From Diplonema japonicum (taxonomy: Eukaryota > Protista > Euglenozoa: Diplonemea): 64,000 bases of DNA. Positions 11,330 through 21,662 of this stretch are shown one piece after another (position 1 is the first letter of the stretch; each line of letters begins with the position of its first letter). The notes beneath the pieces were generated by a model. That model was not told where the DNA came from, made no database searches, and worked only from the letters and a program-made list of their open reading frames with translations. Both the position numbers and the translations under genes were made by a program. The stretch spans positions 310,001 to 374,000 of the forward strand of contig OZ025651.1 in NCBI GenBank assembly GCA_964019335.1. Direction: 5' to 3'.

Positions 11330-13854
11330 CTAGAATAGAGGTCGGACGTTAGGGGACCGCGATGTAGACCTGATGGTGTTGAATAAACGAAGAAAAGACA
11401 GACCTTGTTGGGCTTGTGTCACGGTAGTCACCCCGCGGGCGAGGGATGTAGGCGGGGGGCATGGAAGGCATCTGTTCGTGTTTGTCACAACCTATACAAA
11501 GGGACATACCTTTGGTGCAGGAGTAGGAGCTATTGAGGGGGTCACCCCAGTCCCTCTCGGAAGGTGTGCTGCAAGCATCTTCTGCAAACTATGCAGCTCT
11601 TCAGCCAGCTCTTTCTCTGTTTCCCGCAACTCACCGATCCTCTTCCTCAGTCTGCTCCCCTCCTCTACCAGCACCCTTTCCCTCTCGTAAATGTTACTGT
11701 GTATTGTATTTTGCTTTCCAGTTAAACACATACTGTTTGCTCTTCCTGATATCCTCGACGACCTTCAGAAGCTTTCCCTTAACGTTGTCGGCCTTCTCGC
11801 TCCCATCTGACTCCAACTGTGCGTGTTGTGTCACCAGATTATTCACATAAACATACCTGCGAGATCAAAGCATGCTTCGACTCCTTCTCCGACAAGGTCT
11901 GGAACGCCATCTGGATGAACGACAATTGTTGGTTGACCTTTTCCAGTTCCGACTCCAGCCTCCGCCTCTCTTCCATAACTTCTTTTGACCGGTCGAGCTT
12001 CTCTTCCATCTGGCTTTTGACCTCTGCAGCCACGGACACGTCGTCGTGCCGTGTGAAGGCAGGCGAGACAGATCTCCTCATCTCGTAGTGCTGCATGTTC
12101 ATTGGAGGAGGGGGTGGTGCCTCCTGTTGTGTCGTGAGGAATGTGGACCGCCATTCCTCTTGTTTTTTAATGCTTTCTTCGAAGTCGAGCGGCACGCTCT
12201 TGTCGACGACGGGTGTCGTGGACTGCTCCAGAAGCTGCTGCATGGCGCGGATGGTCCCCATGCCCTCTGCCACAGCACCGCTTCCTCCCGTCACCCGCGA
12301 GGGGCTCGGCCCTCTCGACAGTGCCTCCTTGCTCCCGCTACCTCCGGACACGCTCCGCTCCGCAGCTGCCGTCGTCAAGATGGGCATCTTCAGCATGTCA
12401 TCGTTCCTTCTGCCGGGTGAGACTGTGCGTGATGGTTTCGATTCCTGCTGTGGCAGCGCCACACTAAGCCCCGGAGACGGCATCGCCAGCTCCTCGATGG
12501 CCGACAGCCTCAAAGCACTGTTCGACACCACGGGGGCAGGGACAGCTGGCTCACGCCTTTCTAATGCCGAATGCTCCAGTTGATGCACACGCCTGTCCAG
12601 ATCGTCAGAACGCTGCAATGTTTTCGCTTCGTGCATCTTGATGATGGACTCGAGGACGTCCTTGCCCCTGTCCAGCTCGGACACGAGTGCCAGGATACGT
12701 GCCTCGTCAATGATGGGGGAGTTGTCTTTAAGGAGCTCGATGTCCTTCCGTATGTCTATCAAGTCAAGTCTGTCGAGCTCCGCCAGCTGGGTGCCGGGCT
12801 CCGTCTGCTGCGCTTCCCTCTTGCGACGCTTCTCTTCCATGACTTCCACGTCGTTCGCAAGGTTGAGGAGCTCATCTTTCATGTTGTCGACATTTTGTGC
12901 GACAGTGGTTGTGGATGCCGTGAGCTGCTCTGTGAGCACGCCCACCGATGTCGAGACGCCCTTCGCGTCTGCCTCCAGAGCGAGGATTTTCCCGTCGGTT
13001 ACTCCAACCTTGCTTTCCAACAACTCCAGCCGTGTGGCACCTGAGGAAGACGCAGCTACTGCTTGTATTATCTTTTCTTGGATATGCGAGATGCCTGCTT
13101 CGAGCTGATTGAGCCGCCCTTCTGCCGTGGTCCGTTGTTCTATCCCCGAGGTTTGGTTTTGCTCGGTACTTTCCATGCGGTGGGTCAGCCCGCTGCACTT
13201 GCTGTCGAGCTGCGAGACCTTCGAGGTCAGGTCCCCGCAGGTGTTGGTGAGCTGCTGCAACTTGTCTTGTATGTTGAAGCATTTTTGGTTGATCGCCTTC
13301 TCGGTTTTCTCTTCGAGGGTCTCCAGCTCTTCTGTGAACTCGGTGGTGACACTGCGGAGCTCCTCTTGCAGTGCGTAGCCACCGACTTTTCCAGCAACGG
13401 CGCGAAGTTGAAGCGCGAGGAGGTTGATGGTTTCGTCTTTCTCAGCGATCTGTTTTTGAAGTGGTCGCATGGCGCGCTGCACTGTTTCGCTGACAAGACC
13501 TTCGACGTACTTATTGTCAACAGGTGTCTCCACTTTTGCTTCCAGAAGCTTGAACCTCTCTTCAACCCCTTGCTCTAGATACGTTAGCCGGGAAGTGTGT
13601 TCGTTTATCCTCCCGTCGCACTCCCTTCTAAACGTCACTAGCCCTGTGCACGTCTCTGTTATCCTTGTGTCCAAGTACCCCAGTCTCTCTAGCAACGCTT
13701 CCCTTTCCTGTTCTGCGTTCCTGCACGCCTCCGCCAGTTCGTCATTTTTCATCACCAATGTCTCCAACTTCCTGCTGTTCTGCAGCTCCCTCTGCTGCAC
13801 CAGCATCGCCAACGAGGTTCCCCCGACACCTGCCGGCGAGGGAGATGCACTCAT
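11330..13854 (-). CDS. Long coiled-coil protein with four 3' introns (11817-11856, 11697-11733, 11472-11509, 11370-11403)
   Basis: The ORF stops just after CAG|GTATGT. Splicing three GTATGT...CAG introns (40, 37, 38 nt) joins it in frame to further coiled-coil text (LESDGSEKADNVKGKLLKVVEDIRKSKHNIYERERVL...). The fourth intron (GTCTGT...CAG, 34 nt) and the exact stop are less certain. Start MSASPS at 13854. Confidence 0.75.
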
Positions 13855-14159
13855 TGTCCCGCCTTTGTCCTGATGGTGTGATAAGGGAAAAAGTTGTGGC
13901 TCACGATGAAAACAAGAAACAACATAAAAAAATGGAGAAAAAAAGAAGTACATAAGGGATGGCTGATGTAAACCTCTTTTAAGAAGCCCCGGCAAACATG
14001 ACATGCAACAAGAAAGAAAACAGCAGGAGAAGAAGAGAAAAAAAACCCCTGGGGTGGTAAGAATGTTTCTCGCCCCTATGGGAGCTTTGTCATGCCACAA
14101 ACAAGCCGGGTACTAAAAAAAATGGCTTACATTTTCAGAAGGTTGTTTGAGATAAAAGG

Positions 14160-16913
14160 TTAGAACCGGGGAGGGCTCATGAAGTCTTCCCGGTTTGGGG
14201 AGTAAGGAGCGCTGTGGTAGTATTGAAGGGCTGGGGCTGGGGCGGGGGTTGGTGAAGGACGGGAAGGCATGTATGTGTGTGGAGTGGCTTGTGCTTGGAG
14301 AATGAGCTGCAGTTCAAAGTCACGACGTGCACGTTCAAGTGCCTTGCGCTCCCTGCGGAGAGCTTTCCGGTAGTCTTTAGTAGAGGCCTTGTGGCACTCG
14401 CGCAGCTGCCTGCGTATCCCATGCTCATCCCATTCAATTCTGTACCGCTCACCCTGTTCGTGGTCAACGAGAGCAGTTCGTACCTTTCTTCTTGTCATTT
14501 CTGCATTTTTCTTTCTAATTGCATCAAGCTCCCGACCCCTCTCAAGTCCCCCTTGCACCACGTAGTGCAGACTAGTTCGTTCCTCTAGTTCCTCGTCGAG
14601 TACACGCATTCTTTCGAGCAGCTCTTCTTTCTGATGTAGCAGCAAAGATCTTCTATACAACGAACTCAAAGGTTCAATCAGCTCTCGTCGCAAAGTGCTC
14701 CTCTGTTGACTTTCCTCGGCCTCCACTACGCGTGCAGACTCCATGTGCTCATTCATCAGTACTTGCAGAGCCGCTTCGATTCTTGCCATTTTCGCTGTCT
14801 TCCTCGCCAAATAGCACCGCATGCTGCGCTGTATCGGTGCTGCCTTGAGCCCCAGCACCCTCCTCTTTGACGCTCTTGCGGCGACGAACCCCTGCACCAC
14901 GGATACTATCTGGTGCTTCTTCCGCAAGACACCAGCTTTTAACGTTACAGTTGCCTCTTCTTTCAAGAAGACTAGTTCTTTTTTACCCACAAGATAAGCT
15001 TCAGGCGGAACCTGTGCTTCTGTGAACATTTGCTTCACCTGAGCTGCCGTCAGTTCCCCAGCCTCGGGGCTCGTCTTTTTCGCCGACGCTAGAGGCGAGG
15101 GAGAGGGCGATGGGGACTGCGATTCCCTGGGGAATGTCGCTCGTTGTTTTCCAAACTTTGGAGACGGGGACGGGCTACGATCTGATTCTTCGGCTTTTTT
15201 ATCCGCACTGGCCTTGTGACACTTCCACAGGAGAGGCTTGTACTCGCCAAACTCCTTGAACTTCGATATCTCATCAAAGCCGCCCTTCTCAACATTCACA
15301 GGCCCCCTGTACTGCTCGACAATAGCGGGTGCCGCAGCATCGTACTCTACCACTTGCACATAAGACTGAGGCGTCTCTCCCAAGAGCTGCGTGACCTTCG
15401 CCAGTGACGTAGTGAATCCTTTCTTAGGCAGGAAGGGTTCCATCTTCGGGTCCGTCGGTTTCAAGGCAGAAACGATCTCTACTGGAGCGGCCATGGCCTC
15501 GCATACTCCCTGCATATCGTACTCCACAGCGTCATGCAGACTACCACGCAGCACTTTCATCATGAAGACAGGCTCCGTTGAGCCCTGCTTAGACCTCGTT
15601 GACAGTGGCGTACGCACGTCCATGCCAGACTCCGTCACCTCGATGGCAGGGTTCTTCTTCTTCGCGCTCCTTGCCTGAGGCGAACCGAGTGACGACGTCG
15701 GGCTCGTTGGCGGAAGTGACCTTGGTGAGATAGATCCAGACCCCGAGCCTTTACCAGGGGGCTGGTTCAGCACTATAGGTGGAACACCCAAGTTGAATGT
15801 GTCCTTCATCTGCTTGCATAGTTCTTGAGTGGATCCACAAGTGGCCAGCATGTGCAACAGCCCTGTCTTTCCCGCCACTGCTTCTACTGTGTTCACACTA
15901 TCTTCGTCTTGAAGTCCCTTCGGGTAGGTCACGCCCTCTGCTTTAAATCCGTCTTGAGCAGCCTTGTGGACTGTGCCCACCCACGCCCCCCGCACCGTGT
16001 CCGCAATAAGGTTCGACAGAAGCTTGGCTGCCACCTCGCAGCTGTTGCCTGTGATGTCGCGTTGCAAGCGGGGTGTGAAAACCACAACGACCGGTTTGTC
16101 CTTCCGGAAGCCACCAAGGCTGGGCTTTTGGGTTCCGTTGAGGTACGTGTTGAGAGCCTCGCAGATGCCATGCACGAGGGACTGGTGTAGGATGGAGCGA
16201 AGGGCTTCTTTGTGGTCAGCGGTCTTCTGTGACGATGTAGACAGGTGCGACTTAGTGCTCAGCGGGGACTTTGGGAATTTCGGAGTGGGAGCGTCAAGAT
16301 GGGCTGTTGAAGGTGTTGCTGCAGGGGACCTCTTAGGGTTGGTACCAGACAGCAAGTTGGCCAGGTTTGACGGGTCAAGATGGAAGTCCTTTGCAATGGA
16401 CGATGGATCGGTGTTGGGCCCGGCAAAGGCTGAACTCGAGTTCGAGTCACCTACCAAGTTGTTAACTGCGTACACAGCAGATTCGAGGCCATCGGTCTTG
16501 ATAGGGGTGCTTAATATGTCTTCTTTGACATTTCCAGGGCAGCACACAGGGACTGAGACGTTCATGGTTTTCATGTTCTGCGTGAATTTCAACACCACCG
16601 TCTTCGGTTCCGGGAGGCAGTCAAGAACCTTCAGCACTGTTTCGAGCTTGCCCTGCTTTTCACCGCTCCACATTGTGTTCAGTGCCCCCTCTGTCACACC
16701 TTCCCCGACTATGTACCCCGTACCGGCGCCAACAAGCCCTTCCAGCAACCCATTCCTCTTTGTCTTCCCAACAACCACTGTGTGCCCTCCCGTGGCGCCT
16801 TCTACCACAACGCTACTTTCTCCATTCTGTGTTGCTCTGTCTAATTCAGCCCGTATTGCGTTTGGGTTTAGGCCTACAGCCTTAATGCTTATCTTAGGCC
16901 CCGCAGCGGCCAT
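14160..16913 (-). CDS. Highly degenerate myosin-like protein with IQ motifs and coiled-coil tail
   Basis: YLVGKKELVFLK resembles the myosin converter motif (Y.xG.TKVFLK). It is followed by IQ-like VVQGFVAARASKR and IQRSMRCYLARK and a charged helical tail. No GESGAGKT P-loop. Start MAAAGP at 16913. Confidence 0.6.
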   Translation of the reverse strand: MAAAGPKISIKAVGLNPNAIRAELDRATQNGESSVVVEGATGGHTVVVGKTKRNGLLEGLVGAGTGYIVGEGVTEGALNTMWSGEKQGKLETVLKVLDCLPEPKTVVLKFTQNMKTMNVSVPVCCPGNVKEDILSTPIKTDGLESAVYAVNNLVGDSNSSSAFAGPNTDPSSIAKDFHLDPSNLANLLSGTNPKRSPAATPSTAHLDAPTPKFPKSPLSTKSHLSTSSQKTADHKEALRSILHQSLVHGICEALNTYLNGTQKPSLGGFRKDKPVVVVFTPRLQRDITGNSCEVAAKLLSNLIADTVRGAWVGTVHKAAQDGFKAEGVTYPKGLQDEDSVNTVEAVAGKTGLLHMLATCGSTQELCKQMKDTFNLGVPPIVLNQPPGKGSGSGSISPRSLPPTSPTSSLGSPQARSAKKKNPAIEVTESGMDVRTPLSTRSKQGSTEPVFMMKVLRGSLHDAVEYDMQGVCEAMAAPVEIVSALKPTDPKMEPFLPKKGFTTSLAKVTQLLGETPQSYVQVVEYDAAAPAIVEQYRGPVNVEKGGFDEISKFKEFGEYKPLLWKCHKASADKKAEESDRSPSPSPKFGKQRATFPRESQSPSPSPSPLASAKKTSPEAGELTAAQVKQMFTEAQVPPEAYLVGKKELVFLKEEATVTLKAGVLRKKHQIVSVVQGFVAARASKRRVLGLKAAPIQRSMRCYLARKTAKMARIEAALQVLMNEHMESARVVEAEESQQRSTLRRELIEPLSSLYRRSLLLHQKEELLERMRVLDEELEERTSLHYVVQGGLERGRELDAIRKKNAEMTRRKVRTALVDHEQGERYRIEWDEHGIRRQLRECHKASTKDYRKALRRERKALERARRDFELQLILQAQATPHTYMPSRPSPTPAPAPALQYYHSAPYSPNREDFMSPPRF

Positions 16914-17146
16914 GGGAACCCTGCACCACCTAGATGGGAAATATGTGTAGTGTAAACAGGTCGGCAAACAGGTGGAGTAAGTAAAAATAGGATTAAGGTT
17001 TTGCTGTAAATGAACAAAAGAAAAAAAAAAGAAATTCTTCATGGCGGGAGAAGTGTCAGCAACAGCCTACCAAGAAGAAACTTCGTGTAAATAGTTATGC
17101 ATAAAATGAGGAGTGTTTACAACCGGGGGGGAGGGGAGGGGGGGAC

Positions 17147-19995
17147 TTAGTGTCGGAAGGGTCGGTAGGTGATGTTAAAGTCACGCTTGTGGCGGATATC
17201 AGCTTCGATAGCTCGGAGGCGCGTGAGCATCAAGGCGGCGACGGCATCTTGGCTGAAGTTTGCAACGATATCCCGACGGGCAGCACGGCCCATCTGTGTT
17301 ATAAAATTTGCAAATAAGTAACCTCTTTATTTCATACCAAAACAGCCTCATTCTTATGGGTAAAGATGTAACGCATCAACTCGCAAAGGTGGCCCACATC
17401 AGGCTGTAAAAGAATAATGTGTGTCCCAGAGTTTCATACCTCAGCCCACTGCTTCATATCTACCTTATACAGATCTCTTGCATGCTGTGGGAGGTCTACT
17501 ACTGTATGTCTCACGAGGTATGAATTCGTATGTTTCATGAAGGCTGTTGTCCCGCCCCAGCCTGTAGCAATGGTGGGGAGCTGCATGGCCATGGCTTGGA
17601 CTAGTGGTAATCCCCAGCCCTCTCCTCGTGTCGGGAGTACAAAGGCATCGCAAGAAGCGTACAGCTCTCGCACTTCGCTCTCATCGAGGTTTTCCGTGAT
17701 GAAAACTACATGAGGCAGCACAGACGTATTCATCCCTAAACCCTCAGCTACACGGAATAGCTCGTCCTGGAATAATACAGGGTCTCTTGTAGGCCCCCAC
17801 TCTTCAGGGGCTGTTGGGTACCACATCCATGTCACCACCACCAACGTCACTTTGTCGCGGATTGAAAACTCCTTCAAATACCCCGACAGCAGCACATCCC
17901 AACCCTTCCGTGCCTCCCACTTGAATATCGACAACATCACGTACCTCCCGGTGAGCGTCACAGAGGGGTCCGTTGAGTAATGTCGCCACTCTGGCTTTGG
18001 AATCACGGCGGCTTCTATCCCTGTTGGGTCGTAGTAGTACGTATCAATGGCTTCCGGTATGATGCACAGCTTGCTCCGCTCCACGCCAGCAGACGCAAAC
18101 GACTCCAAGACAAACTCGGAAGGAACCCAGATCTCTCCGACTTTTGGAGAATTGCAGTTTGCAGCCCAATCCTGCGGGATAGATGAAAACTCGTACATGC
18201 TGCGCCCTATGAAGTAATCAGGGGAACGCGCATTGTTGTCATCATCCCAGTTGAGCATGTACGACGGTGGTGGTGTGTGCGATATCCACACGAATATGTC
18301 AGACTCTGTTGCAGCGACCTGTTGCTTGCCGAGCTGTACCCGCTCTAAGGCACCTTGTATGTACTGAGGGAGACCCGTGCAGTGGCAAGCTGCACCGGGG
18401 ATCGATCTGATCCTGACTTGCTTCTCTAAGGTATACAGGTAGTGTGCCCATTCGTTGCTAAACCCGCAACACCGACAGCACCATGCGTCCCACACAACTA
18501 AGAGATCCGAGTCGTGACGCGGGTGGAGTCTCTGAAGGGCCCGCTTGTGCTGCATACTGAATTGTTCGGAGAGCGGGAACATTGACGCATCCTGTACTGA
18601 ATATTGCTGCGTCTCCACTTGCAAGTCTTTACACGTGACGTTTACCACCTTGAGCATGCTGTAGTTTGCGACGGCGGTATGCACTTGTCCAGAGTACTTC
18701 ACCTTCGCAACAGATGTAGCGGTCTTCAAGCCATGCTCCTCTATGCCGTCCATCACCCAAGCCAGACCCGCTTCCAGCCCGAGGTCGGCTACACTAGTTT
18801 TGTTCCGTAGCACCCAGCTTGAATAGTTCGCCACCTTCGCTTTCAGTTTGTCAGCAGTTGCCTCTGCTAGCTCGGTCAGGGCCTTCATGATGCTCGACAC
18901 ACCGTCACACTTCAGTTGCGAACACGTTGCCAGCGTAATCTGCGCCTTCACTTGCAACTTCTGGATGACTTGCATCTGCGGTGCAATATCAGTTACGTTG
19001 CACTGCATCTTCACAACGGGCCGGCGCATGGCATCCATCAGCGCGACAAGTCTTTCCCTCGATGCCGCTAGTGCAGCAGCAGCGTTGTCCCTGTGGATCA
19101 CAGAGTCGAAGACGAAGAGTGTTGTAGTAGAGAGGACATCTGAGAGCTGCAGGAGTGACTTCACTTCACAGGCGATAGCATCGGATAAACGGCTGGTGAA
19201 GCTATTTAACGGCCTCAAGCGTGTGAGAAGGTGGGGGGAGGCAGCAAAGCACAACGGTGAAATAAGAGGCGACTGCTCGGCACTATGGGCACGTGAGTCA
19301 TGAAGACTAGCACCGGAGTACCTGTTTCGTAAGTAAGGGCTGTTGGAAGAATCCCACTCCACCGTGAGCCCGTGCTGCAGAACAGTGGAGTTCTCAGTCA
19401 CCCAGCTGCACCCAGCCAAACCTGTTTGCCAGAGATTATCAGAAAACAGGGTCTCGTACAACTTTTCTATGAAACCCTTCTGCGGCACAACCAACCCTGC
19501 CACAGCCACGACGTACCCAGCGCCCATGGCAAGGGCATGTTTTACGCCATGGCTCAGAGCATCCAAGTATGTCGGAATTGCCCTCAAAGAAGGCACAGAC
19601 GACCACATGATGCACGTCACTTTTTTATTAACACACATTGGGTACTGCTTACTTGTTATCAGGATCAATGATCCGTCTGCAGATTCAGTGTGGCTCAGAA
19701 AGGTTCCTAATGCAGAGTTTGTTCCAGGTCCCTCGGCAACGACGACCACGGGCTTCCTTTTAAGTATGAGGGGCACTTCACGCACGACGTGAATGGCGTG
19801 CTTCATAGACACGTGGGGCATGCCTGCAACAGTACCCATCACCTTCCCGCCCAACTCTTCGAGGTCTTCAGTCTCCCCGTCGCCCTCTCTCCTCCTCACC
19901 AACACAGCGCAGTACGCTACACTAATCACCACAAAGCACAGGACGCCTCCCAGTACATAGCCCCATTTGTCGTTCGTCCTTCTGTACTTCCGCAT
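17147..19995 (-). CDS. Membrane-anchored GT4-type (group 1) glycosyltransferase with two 3' introns (17404-17439, 17294-17337)
   Basis: N-terminal TM helix. C-terminal KWEARKGWDVLL...YASCDAFVLPTRGEGWGLPLVQAMAM. Removing two GTATGA...CAG introns (36, 44 nt) restores the expected tail WAEPDVGHLCELMRYIFTHKNEAVLMGRAARRDIVANFS. Confidence 0.88.
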
Positions 19996-20128
19996 TCTTA
20001 TGCCGCTCTATCGGCTATTTGGCACATCCACGAGCCTGAAATAAGTTGAGTAAGATTGGGTAAAGCAAAGAAGAAAAACGCATAAGAAAGGTATGATAAG
20101 CAAGGTATGGTACAATGCAATAAAGGGC

Positions 20129-21436
20129 TCAATGCCGAATGGTGGTGTGGTAATTAGTGATGCCGGAAACGTGGTGGGGTGCCGACTTGTTGCGTAAGCA
20201 GCAGTACGGGTCCCAACCGACAGGGGTGTGTGGGTGTGTGGCGTGGTGCGATCGGAGGAGGCGGCAGTTCAAGGTGAGCGAGGCCGCCGTGGATTCTTGT
20301 GTGCTGATGGTACAGACGGTGCGGTGCAACATTCTGCTGATGTCGACTTCGTTGTTGTCGAACCCACTGTTCGATTTCTTCCCGTACGTGCTGAGCTGTT
20401 TGTGCAGCAGCATCGCCTCATCGGTTCGCACCCCGCCGCACGTCTTTCTGTTCCTTTCTTGCGGCACGGCCTTCCTGAGCACGGCCAGCCTCCTTGTTCT
20501 CTCTTTATTTACGGCGGTCGACAGACAACTGAACATCGTCGTCTTCATCCTTTTAATTCTCTCCCGGAACTCCGTGCTGCCTTGGCTGATGAGCTCCTCC
20601 AGTTTAAAGCAGTAATACGGTGTCTCTGTCTGCTGTTTGCCTTCTGTCATGTGCTTCACTTGTATTTTTGACATTTTTGACCACTTGCGGCGTGCTGTGT
20701 CAACTATGTTCATGACCTCCACAACCGAGTATTCCAGCCCTTGGTCCACTACTGGGGGAAGCTCGACGTCGTTGGTGCTCTTTGCGGTTCCCTCCCGCTG
20801 CTTGTAGTAGATCTCGGAGAGGAAGCGGCCCCGCTCCTCTTTGATCGTGAGCTGTTCTTCGTAAGGAAGGGAGGGCCCGGATGCTTTGAACTTCCTACGG
20901 TAGGAAGGGAGGCGGAACGGAGACGGGGTCGGGCTGGAGGTGAACGAACGAAGCGCGACGCTGTTAATGTTGAAATGGGGCGTACAGAGGTGTCCCGCGG
21001 TGCCCTTCGCTATGTCAGTTTGGATAGTCTTGAAGAGGTACATGGCAGTTGCGTATGGCGAAGACAGTCCACGTGACGCACCGCCAGGTACCTCAACTTG
21101 CAAGATGTCCTTCTCGTAGTCAAAGTGTAGCTTCTCCGACGAAATATTGAGGAGCTTTGCCGCGTTCTGTAAATCTAGCATCCCTTCGCCGTCCACTTCC
21201 ACATCAATCTCCACACGTACCCAGCTGTAGTCCCGTATGGCCGGGCCCTTTTCGCCCCATACATGAAGCCGCTCCCCGATTGCCTTTCCCCCTGTGTGTG
21301 CAAACACGAACCTGAAAAGGTTCTCCACCAACTCCGCCCACACACACCCCACGTCCTCATCTCTTATGGTGCTCTCCTCCGGCTCCTTCACGTCCTCTTC
21401 TGTCTCGGGCTGTTCGTCTTGCATTTCATCTTGCAT
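20129..21436 (-). CDS. Hypothetical protein
   Basis: 435-aa ORF with coding-like composition, same strand as neighbours, filling the gap between two recognised genes. Confidence 0.7.
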   Translation of the reverse strand: MQDEMQDEQPETEEDVKEPEESTIRDEDVGCVWAELVENLFRFVFAHTGGKAIGERLHVWGEKGPAIRDYSWVRVEIDVEVDGEGMLDLQNAAKLLNISSEKLHFDYEKDILQVEVPGGASRGLSSPYATAMYLFKTIQTDIAKGTAGHLCTPHFNINSVALRSFTSSPTPSPFRLPSYRRKFKASGPSLPYEEQLTIKEERGRFLSEIYYKQREGTAKSTNDVELPPVVDQGLEYSVVEVMNIVDTARRKWSKMSKIQVKHMTEGKQQTETPYYCFKLEELISQGSTEFRERIKRMKTTMFSCLSTAVNKERTRRLAVLRKAVPQERNRKTCGGVRTDEAMLLHKQLSTYGKKSNSGFDNNEVDISRMLHRTVCTISTQESTAASLTLNCRLLRSHHATHPHTPVGWDPYCCLRNKSAPHHVSGITNYHTTIRH

Positions 21437-21662
21437 TATCTAAGGTGTGTATTTCAGAAGAGCTCGAGGAAGTGGAAGTAAATAAAGGGAACGTATTTGT
21501 GAAACCTCCTCGCTCGAATTAAAGATTTCAATCGAAATAAAGTCTGGGGGGGTGGGGGGGAAGAAGGATAATTTCAAGGGGTCCTCCTTGTAGTATACGC
21601 ACGTTCAAAGCGAAAACGTTTTGAAGGGAAAAGCAAACACTGCGGGGAACCTAAGGCCCAAA

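Noticed and set aside
11695-11736. ACAGTA direct repeat at both ends of intron 11697-11733 as a target-site duplication
   Set aside because: The repeats are 36 nt apart, not 37; excision between them creates a stop codon.
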